DNA of 64,000 bases from an uncultured delta proteobacterium (GCA_963765675.1 CAVXXK010000001.1:1152001-1216000), one strand, 5' to 3'. Positions 51,976-62,087 are shown, counted from the first letter of the stretch. Notes: generated by a model from the letters alone, not told the origin. Translations and numbers: made by a program.

Positions 51976-52662
51976 GTGTATAGCGAACAGTTCAACCAGC
52001 CGGTCGCCGACGCGTCGCTCATCGCCTGCGCCCATTGCGATCTGCTACAGCGACTCCCCGACCTTGCGCCCGGCGCATCCGCGCGATGTCCGCGCTGCAA
52101 CAAAGAGCTGTGGCGCTGTCGTCAGGATTCGCTCAACCGGACACTCGCGCTGACGCTCGCCGCGGCGGTGCTCTATATTGTCGCGAACTCCGTTCCCATG
52201 CTCGGTCTCACCATCGTGGGGCGCGGCGCGTCGACTACGGTAATCGGGGGCGCCCAACATCTATGGGACAATGGGCAGCGAATCGTCGGTGTGTTGGTTC
52301 TATTTACCGCCGTGGTCGCGCCCGCGCTGCAAATCGGCTTGATGCTGGCGATCGTGCTCGGCGGTTTGCGTGAGCGTCCGCCAAAATGGGTGGGTAGATT
52401 GCTGCGGCATCATCCGACCACACGCATCTGGAGCATGATCGAAGTCATGATGGTGGGCGTGTTGGTCGCGTTGGTGAAGATTGCGGACTACGCGACTGTG
52501 ATCCCCGGCATCGCACTTTTCGTGCTGTGGGTGCTGGTTTTTGTGCTGGCCGGCATGCAGGCGAGCTTCGACCCCAAGGAGATTTGGGAAAGGATCCGAT
52601 GGGCTGACGACGATGCGCGAAGCACCACCGTCGCCGACGAGACGGCCGAGGGTATTTTGTGA
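51976..52662 (+). CDS. pqiA: Paraquat-inducible protein A (N-terminal-half type)
   Basis: IACAHCDLL..ARCPRC, ANSVP, WSMIEV..VGVLVALVKI. Confidence 0.92.
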   Translation: MYSEQFNQPVADASLIACAHCDLLQRLPDLAPGASARCPRCNKELWRCRQDSLNRTLALTLAAAVLYIVANSVPMLGLTIVGRGASTTVIGGAQHLWDNGQRIVGVLVLFTAVVAPALQIGLMLAIVLGGLRERPPKWVGRLLRHHPTTRIWSMIEVMMVGVLVALVKIADYATVIPGIALFVLWVLVFVLAGMQASFDPKEIWERIRWADDDARSTTVADETAEGIL

Positions 52663-53315
52663 GTCCGATTGCAATCACCGGGATGCAGCGTGGCCTGCAA
52701 AGCTGCGAAGGTTGCGGTCTGCTCTCGCGTCCGGCACCGGGCACTGACGAAGGACGCTGCCCGCGTTGCGGCGAAGCGCTCGAGTTTCGCAAGCGCGCCA
52801 GTTTCCAGCGGACGTGGGCATACGTGCTCGGAGCGGCGATTTGTTACGTTCCGGCCAACGTGCTCCCCGTCTTGACGACCACAACCGCTGCCGGCGCTGA
52901 ATCCGACACGATCATGCAAGGCGTCGTATTGCTGTGGTCGCCAACGGGATGGCCGCTGTCGATCATCGTGCTAATCGCGAGCATCATAATCCCGAGCGCG
53001 AAGATCTTGGCGCTCGCATACCTGCTTATCACCGCACAGCGGGGCTCAGCGGCGAACAACGAACAGCGGATCCGCTTGTACAGGATGGTCGCGTTCGTCG
53101 GGCGCTGGTCGATGGTCGATGTGTTCGTCGACACGTTCACGGCAGCGCTAATTCAGCTCCAGCCGTTGATGTCCGTAGAGCCGGGACCCGGTTTGATTTT
53201 CTTTGCCGCCGTGGTGGTGCTGACGATGCTCGCGGTGGAGTCGTTCGACCCGAGATTGATTTGGGATTCCATAAGTTCGCAAGAGACAGGTTCGGAAGAG
53301 GTTTCTTATGCCTGA
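52659..53315 (+). CDS. pqiA: Paraquat-inducible protein A (C-terminal-half type)
   Basis: CEGC..CPRCG, YVPANVLPV, DTIMQGV, GRWSMVDVFV, FDPRLIWD. Confidence 0.93.
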   Translation: MSPIAITGMQRGLQSCEGCGLLSRPAPGTDEGRCPRCGEALEFRKRASFQRTWAYVLGAAICYVPANVLPVLTTTTAAGAESDTIMQGVVLLWSPTGWPLSIIVLIASIIIPSAKILALAYLLITAQRGSAANNEQRIRLYRMVAFVGRWSMVDVFVDTFTAALIQLQPLMSVEPGPGLIFFAAVVVLTMLAVESFDPRLIWDSISSQETGSEEVSYA

Positions 53316-54897
53316 TCGCGATCCGCCACGCTCCTCGATCCCGGAGTCGAGAGCTATCCCCAAGAAACGCACACGGCTCTCGCTGGTTTGGATTATTCCG
53401 ATTGTCGCGGCGATTGTCGGTGCGTGGGTGGCAGTCACGAGAGTATTGAGCGAGGGTCCCAAGATAACGATCGTGATGAAATCCGCAGAGGGACTGGAAG
53501 CCGGCAAAACCAAAATTCACTATAACGGCGTCGATATCGGCACCGTCACAAAGATAGAACTGTCGGAAGATCACCAGCACGTCATCATGACCGCGCAGAT
53601 GGCGCCGAAGACCGATGCATTTCTCGTTGAAGATACCAAGTTCTGGGTAGTGAGGCCGCGGATATCCGGCGCCAATGTCACGGGGCTTGGGACTCTTATT
53701 TCTGGAGCGTACATCGGCGTGGAAATAGGCTCTTCGAGGGAAAGCAAGCGTGACTTTACCGCGCTCGAAACACCCCCGGTGATAACCGGCGAGATTCCCG
53801 GACGCTTTTTCATCTTGAAGACACCCGACCTCGGTTCGCTGGACACGGGTACCCCGATATTCTTCCGCCGGCTGCAAGTCGGCCAGGTCGCATCTTACGA
53901 ACTCGACAAGGACGGCAAGAATCTGACGGTCAAGGTATTCGTGCAGTCGCCGTATGATCAGTACGTCAATCCGGAGACCCGCTTTTGGCACGCGAGCGGA
54001 ATCGACTTGTCGCTCTCTGCGACGGGTCTCACTGTACAGACCCAATCGGTACTGTCGATCCTGATAGGCGGCATCGCGTTCGAGACGGCAGCGAGTGATC
54101 CGATTTTGCCGCCGGCCGAGGAAAATGCCGTCTTCACGCTCTATGCCAATCGGTCCCAGGCCTTTAACCCTCCTCCGCGCAATCCGCAGACCTATGAGCT
54201 CATTTTCAAAGACTCAGTGCGGGGCTTGGCGCCTGGCGCGCCGGTCGAGTTCCGCGGCATCCCGATTGGACAGGTGACCGATGTTCGCGCGCAGATTGAC
54301 CTGAAGACTTTCGAGTTCCTGGTGCCGGTAACTATCCAACTCGATCCGACGAGACTCGGAGTAAAGATCGTCGGTGCACCCTCACCCAACTATCTCGAGA
54401 TTATGCGCAGAAAGTTGATCGACAGCATGGTCGCCCACGGAGTTCGCGCGCAGTTGCGGACCGGGAACCTCCTGACTGGCGCCGTGTACGTGTCGCTCGA
54501 CTTCTTCCCCGGCGCGCCCCAGGCGACCGTGGACTGGTCGCAGAAACCAGTGCGGCTGCCAACCACGCCGGGCCAGCTCGAAGCGACCGAGACGACGGTC
54601 GAGAACATCATCAAGAAAGTCGACAAGATGCCCCTCCAGGAGATTGGCAACAACCTTAACAAGGCTATCGCCAGCCTTGATCTGACGCTGGTAAGCGCGC
54701 GCGGCGCGATAGACAGCACCAACAATCTCGTCGGTAACGCCAACCATCTGGTCTCGCCGGATTCCACGCAAGCACAGAAGCTGGACAACACCCTTGAGGA
54801 GGTGAGCCGCGCCGCACGCTCCGTTCGGGTGCTGGCCGACTACCTGTCGCGCCATCCCGAGGCGCTTATCAGAGGTAAGCAAGGGAGGCCGAAGTAA
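53308..54897 (+). CDS. pqiB: PqiB MCE-domain intermembrane transport protein
   Basis: SLVWIIP, AEGLEAGKT, FWVVRPRI, three MCE domains, QLRTGNLLTG, HPEALIRGK. Confidence 0.95.
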   Translation: MPDRDPPRSSIPESRAIPKKRTRLSLVWIIPIVAAIVGAWVAVTRVLSEGPKITIVMKSAEGLEAGKTKIHYNGVDIGTVTKIELSEDHQHVIMTAQMAPKTDAFLVEDTKFWVVRPRISGANVTGLGTLISGAYIGVEIGSSRESKRDFTALETPPVITGEIPGRFFILKTPDLGSLDTGTPIFFRRLQVGQVASYELDKDGKNLTVKVFVQSPYDQYVNPETRFWHASGIDLSLSATGLTVQTQSVLSILIGGIAFETAASDPILPPAEENAVFTLYANRSQAFNPPPRNPQTYELIFKDSVRGLAPGAPVEFRGIPIGQVTDVRAQIDLKTFEFLVPVTIQLDPTRLGVKIVGAPSPNYLEIMRRKLIDSMVAHGVRAQLRTGNLLTGAVYVSLDFFPGAPQATVDWSQKPVRLPTTPGQLEATETTVENIIKKVDKMPLQEIGNNLNKAIASLDLTLVSARGAIDSTNNLVGNANHLVSPDSTQAQKLDNTLEEVSRAARSVRVLADYLSRHPEALIRGKQGRPK

Positions 54898-55487
54898 TGG
54901 GATTCCGTATCGCGTATTTTCTCTCGATCTCGTTGCTCGTAGCTACTGTAGCAGGATGCGCCACGGCGCCGTCGCGGTTCTACTCGCTCGATTCCACTGC
55001 TATCGCCGACGGCGCCCCAGCCACTTCAGTTACCGTCATGGTCGGTCCGGTTGTTGTCCCCGCTGCGGTCGACCAACCCGAATTTGTGGTCAACACCTCC
55101 CCAAACCGGGTCGAGGTCGACGAGTTCAATCGTTGGGTTTCGCCGCTGAGCGACGCCATCGCACGCGCTGTCGCCGGCGACCTTGTAGTCCTGCTCGGCA
55201 CGCCGAACGTGGCCACTGCGCAACTGGCTAACTTTAATCCCGAGTACCAGGTGACGATCGACGTCCTGCAATTCGAGTCTGTTCCCGGCCAGGCAGCGAC
55301 GCTGGCGGCAGTATGGACCGTGCGCAAATCAGACGGCGGAGAAATCCGCTCGGGCCGGACGGCCGCGCGTGAGTCCGTGCAGGGACCAGGCTTCGACGCG
55401 CTTGCAGCCGCGCACAGCAGAGCGATCGCGAAGGTGAGCGCCGACATCGCGACAGCAATCCGAGCGGAAGCCGAACAGAAATCCTAG
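54897..55487 (+). CDS. pqiC: PqiC outer-membrane lipoprotein
   Basis: Lipobox VAGC, RFYSL, VGPV.VP..VDQP, RW.SPL. Confidence 0.9.
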   Translation: MGFRIAYFLSISLLVATVAGCATAPSRFYSLDSTAIADGAPATSVTVMVGPVVVPAAVDQPEFVVNTSPNRVEVDEFNRWVSPLSDAIARAVAGDLVVLLGTPNVATAQLANFNPEYQVTIDVLQFESVPGQAATLAAVWTVRKSDGGEIRSGRTAARESVQGPGFDALAAAHSRAIAKVSADIATAIRAEAEQKS

Positions 55488-55522
55488 GACTGGGCGAATC
55501 GATATGCCAACGGCGCGAAAGC

Positions 55523-56287
55523 GTGATCGGACAACTGCGAGAGGCCATTCATCTTCGTCTCTCGCCTCACAGGCATACTGCGCTGCTCGCCGCGATCGTC
55601 GCTGCATTTTTGGTGCGTCCACTGGTCGGCGACTCCGGAATGGGTCCTCCGGCTTTCAGTATTGCAATGTTGGCGCTGCTATTGCTGGCGCTCTACAATA
55701 TCAATGTCGATGAGCTGGTCGGAGACCGGGAAACCCTTCTAGCCCAGCGGCGGAAGCGAAGCATCATAGCCTGGACGTTGGGAGTTCCGGCGATTGCGGA
55801 ACGATTCGTGATTCCGTTCGAGCCAACCCATTCACTCTACCTGGCCGGCTCGATTTTGTGGCTACTGCTCTTTGCTTTCATTACGTGGAATGAATTGCGC
55901 GCCGTACTCAGACAGAAAGAGATCACCGCGGAAGTCATTAGTATGTCGATCTCGGTATATCTGCTGTTCGGACTGACCTTCGGGCTTCTCTATATTGTGC
56001 TTCACGACATCCAGCCAAATGCGTTCAGCTTCGGTGGCTCGGGCCCGGCTTCCGAGCAGCAAGTCATCCCCGTACTTATCTACTTCAGTCTGACGACACT
56101 TTCGACCATCGGATTTGGCGACATCACTCCACTCACTCTGCAGGCCCGCTACGCGGCAGTGGCAGAAGGCATCACCGGACAGTTCTATTTGGCGATTCTG
56201 GTCGCCCGCCTGGTAGGCTTACAAATGAGCCAATCCGTACGCCAGCCAGCTTCATCCAGGACCGTCGATTCCCACCGCGCAGAGTGA
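55523..56287 (+). CDS. Potassium channel family (Ion_trans_2) membrane protein
   Basis: YFSLTTLSTIGFGDITP filter, EGITGQFYLAILVARLVG. Confidence 0.9.
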   Translation: MIGQLREAIHLRLSPHRHTALLAAIVAAFLVRPLVGDSGMGPPAFSIAMLALLLLALYNINVDELVGDRETLLAQRRKRSIIAWTLGVPAIAERFVIPFEPTHSLYLAGSILWLLLFAFITWNELRAVLRQKEITAEVISMSISVYLLFGLTFGLLYIVLHDIQPNAFSFGGSGPASEQQVIPVLIYFSLTTLSTIGFGDITPLTLQARYAAVAEGITGQFYLAILVARLVGLQMSQSVRQPASSRTVDSHRAE

Positions 56288-56334
56288 TCCGGCTATCGGC
56301 CTGATTAAGACTCGGACGTCTCCGGGTCTTCTCG

Positions 56335-56350
56335 TTGTACCAAAGTACAA
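56335..56350. promoter_or_regulatory. Palindromic operator TTGTAC-CAAA-GTACAA (copy 3)
   Basis: ~110 bp upstream of the sulfatase ATG at 56462. Confidence 0.85.
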
Positions 56351-56461
56351 TATCGTTCCATGCTGGCGCGCAGTATTAACACCCCAGAGTGGTGATGGCA
56401 GAAGGCGACATCCGCACCAGGCGTCTTGAAGTTTGAGCGCCTACTCAGACGGAGAAGATCT

Positions 56462-58975
56462 ATGCAAACCATAAGAGCCACAGTTTGCACCTTCCTTACA
56501 GCGATCGTCTGCGTGTTTGCGTTAGGGGCGGCCCTCGCATCGGCACAGCAAATCAATGGCGTTCCAGGTTCGCCTGCCGCCACCATGACCATAAATGGCA
56601 AACAACTTCCGCCGCCGCCGATGAGGTTTGGCGGTGTGATCAAGGAGAGCGCCAAGGATTCCAAGCCTTGGTGGCCGCCGCGTGTAGTGCCACCCAAGGG
56701 CGCTCCCAACGTACTGCTCATCATGACCGACGACCAGGGCTACGGCGTTTCTGAGACCTTCGGTGGCGTCATCCCGACGCCGGCGATGGATCGCATCGCC
56801 AAAGCCGGATTGCGCTATACTGAGTTCCATTCGACCGCCCTTTGTTCGCCTACTCGGGCGGCGCTGATCACAGGTCGAAACCATCACTCGGTTGGCTTCG
56901 GTGTAATCGGCGAATTGTCCACCGGTTACCCAGGTTACGACTCCGTCATTGGTCCGGAAAACGCAACCATCGGCACCATCCTCCGCGACAACGGTTATTC
57001 AACTGCATGGTTTGGCAAAGACCACAACACTCCGGCCTTTCAATACAGTGTAGCGGGGCCTTTCGACCAATGGCCGGTCGGCATGGGCTTTCAGTATTTT
57101 TACGGGTTTCTGGGCGGCGAAACCGACCAATGGACGCCGTATCTTTACCGCAATACGACTCCCGTGTTTCCGTGGATCGGCAAGCCCGGCTACAACCTCA
57201 CCACAGATTTGGCGGACGATGCTATCAAGTACCTGAGCGATCTGAATGCGGCCGCCCCCGATAAGCCTTTTTTTCTCTACTACGTTCCGGGAGGCACCCA
57301 CTCGCCGCACCAACCCACCAAGGAATGGATAGATAAGTTCAAAGGCAAATTCGACGTCGGCTACGAAAAATTGCGTGAGGAGATCTTTGCCAATCAGAAG
57401 CGGCTCGGGGTGATTCCTGCAGACACCCAACTCACCCCCTGGCCTGACGGGCAAACAGCGTATGGTGGTGCAAAGCTGCCGAGATGGGACTCGCTCTCGC
57501 TGCTCCAAAAGAAACTATACTCGCGCGAGGCCGAGGTCTTTGCCGCATACGCGGCCTATACCGATTATGAGATTGGCCGCGTGATTCAGGAAGTTCAGGA
57601 CGAGGGCAAGCTCGACAACACGCTGATCATCTACATTTGTGGCGACAATGGCACCAGCGCAGAGGGCACGTTGGAGGGTACCTATAATCAAATGACCGCC
57701 TACAACGGTATCTTGACCCTTCCGTTAGCTGTGCAGATGTTGCATTACAGAGACTGGGGCTCTGACAAAACCTACCCGCACATGTCAGTGGCGTGGTCAT
57801 GGGCTTTTGACACTCCGTTCAAGTGGACCAAGCAGGTGGCGTCGCATTTCGGCGGCACCAGACAAGGAATGGCCATTTCATGGCCTAGGCACATCACGGA
57901 TGTTGGAGGCATTCGCGGCCAATTCCATCATGTCATTGACATAGTACCGACCATCCTCGAAGCCACCGGCATCAAGGCGCCCGACGAGGTCAATGGAATC
58001 AAGCAGAAGCCGATTGAAGGCGTAAGCATGGACTATACATTCGACAAAGCAAATGCCGATGCTCCATCGAAGCACGATACACAATATTTCGAGATGGTCG
58101 GCAACCGTGCGATCTACCACGACGGCTGGATCGCATCCACTACACCTCCGGCCGCCCCGTGGCTTCTCGCAACCGGTAAATTGACCAATATCGATGACTA
58201 CAACTGGGAACTGTATCATCTTACCGACGACTACTCGCAGAACAACGATCTCGCTGCGAAGAACCCAGACAAGCTGAAAGAAATGCAAGCGTTGTTCATG
58301 ACTGAAGCCGCAAAATATCAGGTGCTGCCCCTGGACAACACTGGTTTTTCGCGACTGCTGACGGCGCGACCAAGCGCGGTCGCCGGGCGAACGGTTTTCA
58401 CCTACACCGGCGAGAATTCGAACATTCCTGTCGGGAATGCTCCCAGCATTTTGGACAAGGACTACACAATCACTGCAGAGGTAACAATCCCGCAAGGTGG
58501 GGCGGAAGGAATGATCGTGACCTTGGGCGGCCGATTTGGCGGCTACGGTCTCTATCTGCTCAAAGGCAGGCCGGTCTTCGATTACAACCTTCTCGATCTG
58601 ACGCACTACCGCTGGGAGGGGGGTCCGTTAGGCCACGGCCTGTTGGCCGATGCGCTCAAGCCCGGCAAGCATACGATAGTATTCGACTTCAAATACGACG
58701 GGCCGGGCCCCGGCAAGGGCGGAACTGGAGTGTTGACGGTCGATGGCAAGGAGATAGCTCGCAAGAAGATCCCGCACACGATTCCACTACTTATGTCCAT
58801 AGACGAGACCTTCGACGTTGGGAGCGATACTCGTACAGCGGTAAACGATGACTATCAGGTGCCGTTCCGCTTCACCGGGACGATCGACAAGTTGACCTTT
58901 AACCTTGGGCCAGAGCAGTTGACGGATACGGACCGAAAGATCATCGCAGAGCGATTAGCCCGCGCGAGGGACTAA
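56462..58975 (+). CDS. Secreted Cys-type arylsulfatase with C-terminal beta-sandwich domain
   Basis: APNVLLIMTDD, LCSPTRAALITGRNHH, GDNG, WTKQVASHFGGTR, ETFDVGSD..FRFTGTI. Confidence 0.95.
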   Translation: MQTIRATVCTFLTAIVCVFALGAALASAQQINGVPGSPAATMTINGKQLPPPPMRFGGVIKESAKDSKPWWPPRVVPPKGAPNVLLIMTDDQGYGVSETFGGVIPTPAMDRIAKAGLRYTEFHSTALCSPTRAALITGRNHHSVGFGVIGELSTGYPGYDSVIGPENATIGTILRDNGYSTAWFGKDHNTPAFQYSVAGPFDQWPVGMGFQYFYGFLGGETDQWTPYLYRNTTPVFPWIGKPGYNLTTDLADDAIKYLSDLNAAAPDKPFFLYYVPGGTHSPHQPTKEWIDKFKGKFDVGYEKLREEIFANQKRLGVIPADTQLTPWPDGQTAYGGAKLPRWDSLSLLQKKLYSREAEVFAAYAAYTDYEIGRVIQEVQDEGKLDNTLIIYICGDNGTSAEGTLEGTYNQMTAYNGILTLPLAVQMLHYRDWGSDKTYPHMSVAWSWAFDTPFKWTKQVASHFGGTRQGMAISWPRHITDVGGIRGQFHHVIDIVPTILEATGIKAPDEVNGIKQKPIEGVSMDYTFDKANADAPSKHDTQYFEMVGNRAIYHDGWIASTTPPAAPWLLATGKLTNIDDYNWELYHLTDDYSQNNDLAAKNPDKLKEMQALFMTEAAKYQVLPLDNTGFSRLLTARPSAVAGRTVFTYTGENSNIPVGNAPSILDKDYTITAEVTIPQGGAEGMIVTLGGRFGGYGLYLLKGRPVFDYNLLDLTHYRWEGGPLGHGLLADALKPGKHTIVFDFKYDGPGPGKGGTGVLTVDGKEIARKKIPHTIPLLMSIDETFDVGSDTRTAVNDDYQVPFRFTGTIDKLTFNLGPEQLTDTDRKIIAERLARARD

Positions 58976-59022
58976 GGCGGCAAGGAGCAATAGCACGTAA
59001 GCCCGGAGCGGTCGAAACACCA

Positions 59023-59499
59023 GTGATTAACGAAGATCGCGACTCTGAGAAAATGAAATCCGCGCCGGAGCTAACTTCCCTAGACGCTCTGTACACCGCG
59101 ACCGCAGTGATTGAGCTCGGCGCCGGCTGCGCACTGCTGTGTTTCCCCGCGGTGAGTGTGGCGCTCCTGCTGGGAGCGCCGCTGGAGGCACGGGCTGCCC
59201 TGACCGTGGCGCGCGTCGGCGGATGCGCTTTGCTTACTCTGGGCGCGGCCTGCTGGCTTGCGCGCGGCGACTCGCAAAGCCGCGCCGCAAAAGGATTGGT
59301 CGCCGCGATGGTGGTATATAATCTCGGCGCAGTAGTCATTCTCGGAGCTACCGGTATCCGATGGCAGCACATCGGCGTCGCTCTGTGGCCAGCCGTAATG
59401 TTGCATGCGGCAATGGCGGCTTGGTGCATCGTAAGCCTTTTTAGCTGGAAGCATGGGCAAGAAACCGGCTCTACCGACGGCCTGTTTGACCGTGTTTAG
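59023..59499 (+). CDS. Small 4-TM membrane protein
   Basis: Four hydrophobic segments; MVVYN, LWPAV.LH. Confidence 0.7.
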   Translation: MINEDRDSEKMKSAPELTSLDALYTATAVIELGAGCALLCFPAVSVALLLGAPLEARAALTVARVGGCALLTLGAACWLARGDSQSRAAKGLVAAMVVYNLGAVVILGATGIRWQHIGVALWPAVMLHAAMAAWCIVSLFSWKHGQETGSTDGLFDRV

Positions 59500-59572
59500 A
59501 GAAACCGGACCGTGACGTCCGCCGGAATTTCACGATAACCTCGATGGCAATCGAAATTCGGAGAGGACGTTT

Positions 59573-60328
59573 GTGAGCGCAACGAACATCGGGTTTATCG
59601 TGTTGGCGTGCGTCTTTGGCGGTGCGCTTCTCGGGATGTTTCTTCGGGGGATTCTGCCTGAGCATCATCTGAGCGCGGATTCCAAGGATGTTATCAAGCT
59701 GGGGATGGCACTGACCTCGATGATGTCGGCATTGGTACTCGCTCTGCTGATCAACTCGGCCAAGAGTTCCTACGACACACAGAGAAACGAGGTTAGACAG
59801 CTCTCCGCCAACGTCATCCTGCTTGATCGGGTGCTCGCTCATTATGGGCCAGAGACGAAGACGGCGCGCGAGATGCTCGCCAACACGGTTGCTGAGATGA
59901 TTTCTCGGATCTGGCCCGATAGCCACTCGGCAGGCACTGAGTTGCAGCCGAACATTGCCGCGGGTGAAGGCTTCTACGATAAGATCCAGGAACTCTCGCC
60001 GCAGAACGAAGTTCAGCGCTCGCTACAGTCTCAGGCGTTGAAGATGAGCATCGATCTCGGGCAGACACGATGGTTACTGTTCGAGCAAGCGGGCAGCTCG
60101 ATCCCTATGCCATTCCTTGTATTAATGGTTTTCTGGATCACTGTTATCTTTCTGAGTTTCGGGCTTTTCGCGCCCCGCAATGCGACCGTCGTCGCTACCA
60201 TATTCCTCTGCGCCTTTTCGGTTTCAGGTGCGATCTTTCTGATCCTGGAGCTGGATCGGCCCTTCGGCGGGCTGATTCAGATTTCCGATGCTCCGCTGCT
60301 CAGCGCCGTCGCTCATCTCGGCAAGTAG
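59573..60328 (+). CDS. DUF4239 / bestrophin-like membrane protein
   Basis: LPEHHLS.DSKDVIKLG, SAKSSYD, LDRVLAHYG, ILELDRPFGG. Confidence 0.85.
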   Translation: MSATNIGFIVLACVFGGALLGMFLRGILPEHHLSADSKDVIKLGMALTSMMSALVLALLINSAKSSYDTQRNEVRQLSANVILLDRVLAHYGPETKTAREMLANTVAEMISRIWPDSHSAGTELQPNIAAGEGFYDKIQELSPQNEVQRSLQSQALKMSIDLGQTRWLLFEQAGSSIPMPFLVLMVFWITVIFLSFGLFAPRNATVVATIFLCAFSVSGAIFLILELDRPFGGLIQISDAPLLSAVAHLGK

Positions 60329-60760
60329 TATTGCACCAATACCCTGAAAATTTGATTTGACTCTCAGATGTCAGCAAGCGCTGATACTCTCAATCAGTGG
60401 TACTTCGGTGAGGGTAGAAAAGGCCGCGACAACGACGGCTTCGGTGGCCATGTCACCCAGATATGCGGATGTGCGTCGATCCAGAAAAGTGGCTGCATCG
60501 GCACTTTGTGAGTACGCGATGGCTTTGAAGCTCGGCGCAATGTGCAACTGGTCGTCGCTTCCCAGACCAGAAAGGAGCGTACGCAGGCAACGTAATCTTC
60601 GATTCCCGCGCGCGACGCGATCGAGCAAACTTCCAGCTTTTGCTTAGGCCCTGCGCGATACGAATGTCAAACGACCCGGTTTTCGCGATGAGGTAGTGCC
60701 CCGTTGGCACGCTACAAATGATGGTCGGAGAGCCTTGCGGACTCTCTCGGCTCAGCGCAA

Positions 60761-61795
60761 TCAGTCGAGCCCCGCGGGAAGGCGGTAAACTCGCGCGGCG
60801 GTTCCGCTAAAGAGCGCGGACTTCTCGGCAGCGGAGGCGCCGGCCGCGAGACGCTTGCAGGCGTTCCACAAGACTGCGTAGCTGCACCAGCGCTTTTGAA
60901 CCGGAAAATTGCTCTCGAACATGCACCGATGAGCGCCAAATTTCTCGACGCAGACCTCGAAGAAGGGCCGCCATGCGGCGGCGATGTTCTCCGAAGAAAG
61001 TGGTGGGGCGCCGCCCTGCCGCCCCGGTCCGGAGCGCCGGACCGGAAGCGCACCGAGCTTCACGTGGACATTGTCGTGAGACGCAACCGCCGTCATAGCC
61101 GCACGCCATTCGGCAAAGGCCTCTGCAGCGCGACCTGCGTTGGGACCGCCGAGAATCGGGCTGCCGAAATGGTTGAGGACGATTGGCGTATCCGGGAAGC
61201 TCGCAGCGAGTTCGGCGATCTCGCTCAACTGCGGATGGTATACCCAGGCATCGAAGGCAAGATTGAAGCGAGCCAGAAACTGGAAGCCCTCACGGAAACG
61301 CGGCTCCGCGAGCATTCGCGGACGCGGAACGGTTTTGTGCACGCGTTCATCCGCATCCCACGCCGTGGAAAACCGGATTGCGTGAAAGCGCCCACCGCTG
61401 GCGGCGATATGGGCCTCGAGGATCGGCTCGACGCGTGAGCCGAGGAACAGATTGACATTCCCAACCATCACCGCGCAGGCCCGCGTCGGTCCGAAGCCGC
61501 CACTCGCGCTCATCGCGGCCACGCCGGTAACGAACTCGGTCTCACCCAACGACCGAAGCTCCTCCGGCCCGTCAGCGCGATACATGGATCCGCACTCTTC
61601 AAAGACCGTCGCCCGGATACGGTGGCCACTCGACACATCAGCCAACAATTCCGGGAAGAGGTATACGTTGCTGGAGTGATGCCACAAGTGGTGATGTGCG
61701 TCCACGATCGACAGTTCGGGCTCAATGATCTCTTCGCTATGTTGGGCCAACCACGCTTCATCGACCCGGCCGGAAAAATCCGCGCCAGACGCCAT
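60761..61795 (-). CDS. Amidohydrolase_2 family protein
   Basis: IVDAHHHLW, FDAWVYHPQL, VLNHFG, MFESNFPV, LFSGTAARVY; ATG 61795 after GGAG. Confidence 0.92.
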   Translation of the reverse strand: MASGADFSGRVDEAWLAQHSEEIIEPELSIVDAHHHLWHHSSNVYLFPELLADVSSGHRIRATVFEECGSMYRADGPEELRSLGETEFVTGVAAMSASGGFGPTRACAVMVGNVNLFLGSRVEPILEAHIAASGGRFHAIRFSTAWDADERVHKTVPRPRMLAEPRFREGFQFLARFNLAFDAWVYHPQLSEIAELAASFPDTPIVLNHFGSPILGGPNAGRAAEAFAEWRAAMTAVASHDNVHVKLGALPVRRSGPGRQGGAPPLSSENIAAAWRPFFEVCVEKFGAHRCMFESNFPVQKRWCSYAVLWNACKRLAAGASAAEKSALFSGTAARVYRLPAGLD

Positions 61796-61910
61796 TACTG
61801 AAACTCCCTTCACACTGAGGTCGGTTAATCCGCCTAAGGTACGCCTTGTCCGGTGGAACGACAAATCAGGTTCATGCACTCTTTGACTCTCAGACGAGCA
61901 AGCTTCTGCG

Positions 61911-62087
61911 CTATCTCGGTATTACTGGCAGGAGGAGGTACGAGGCCATATAGGCCTGATGATATACAGTCTGATGCGCAGGCATCCCCTTGGTTCCTTC
62001 TCCGAATGGCTCGCCGGTATTGAGGTTGCGGTCGAAGCGAGGAAAATTGCTAGAGCTGATTTCGAGCCGGATGCGATGGCCTCGCTT
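61911..62087 (-). pseudogene. C-terminal remnant of a CocE/NonD (PepX_C) hydrolase
   Basis: KRGHRIRLEISSSNFPRFDRNLNTGEPFGEGTKGMPAHQTVYHQAYMASYLLLPVIPR*; not in ORF track; no upstream body. Confidence 0.88.

Noticed and set aside
60371-60710. Possible degraded gene on the minus strand
   Set aside because: No frame gives a recognisable family
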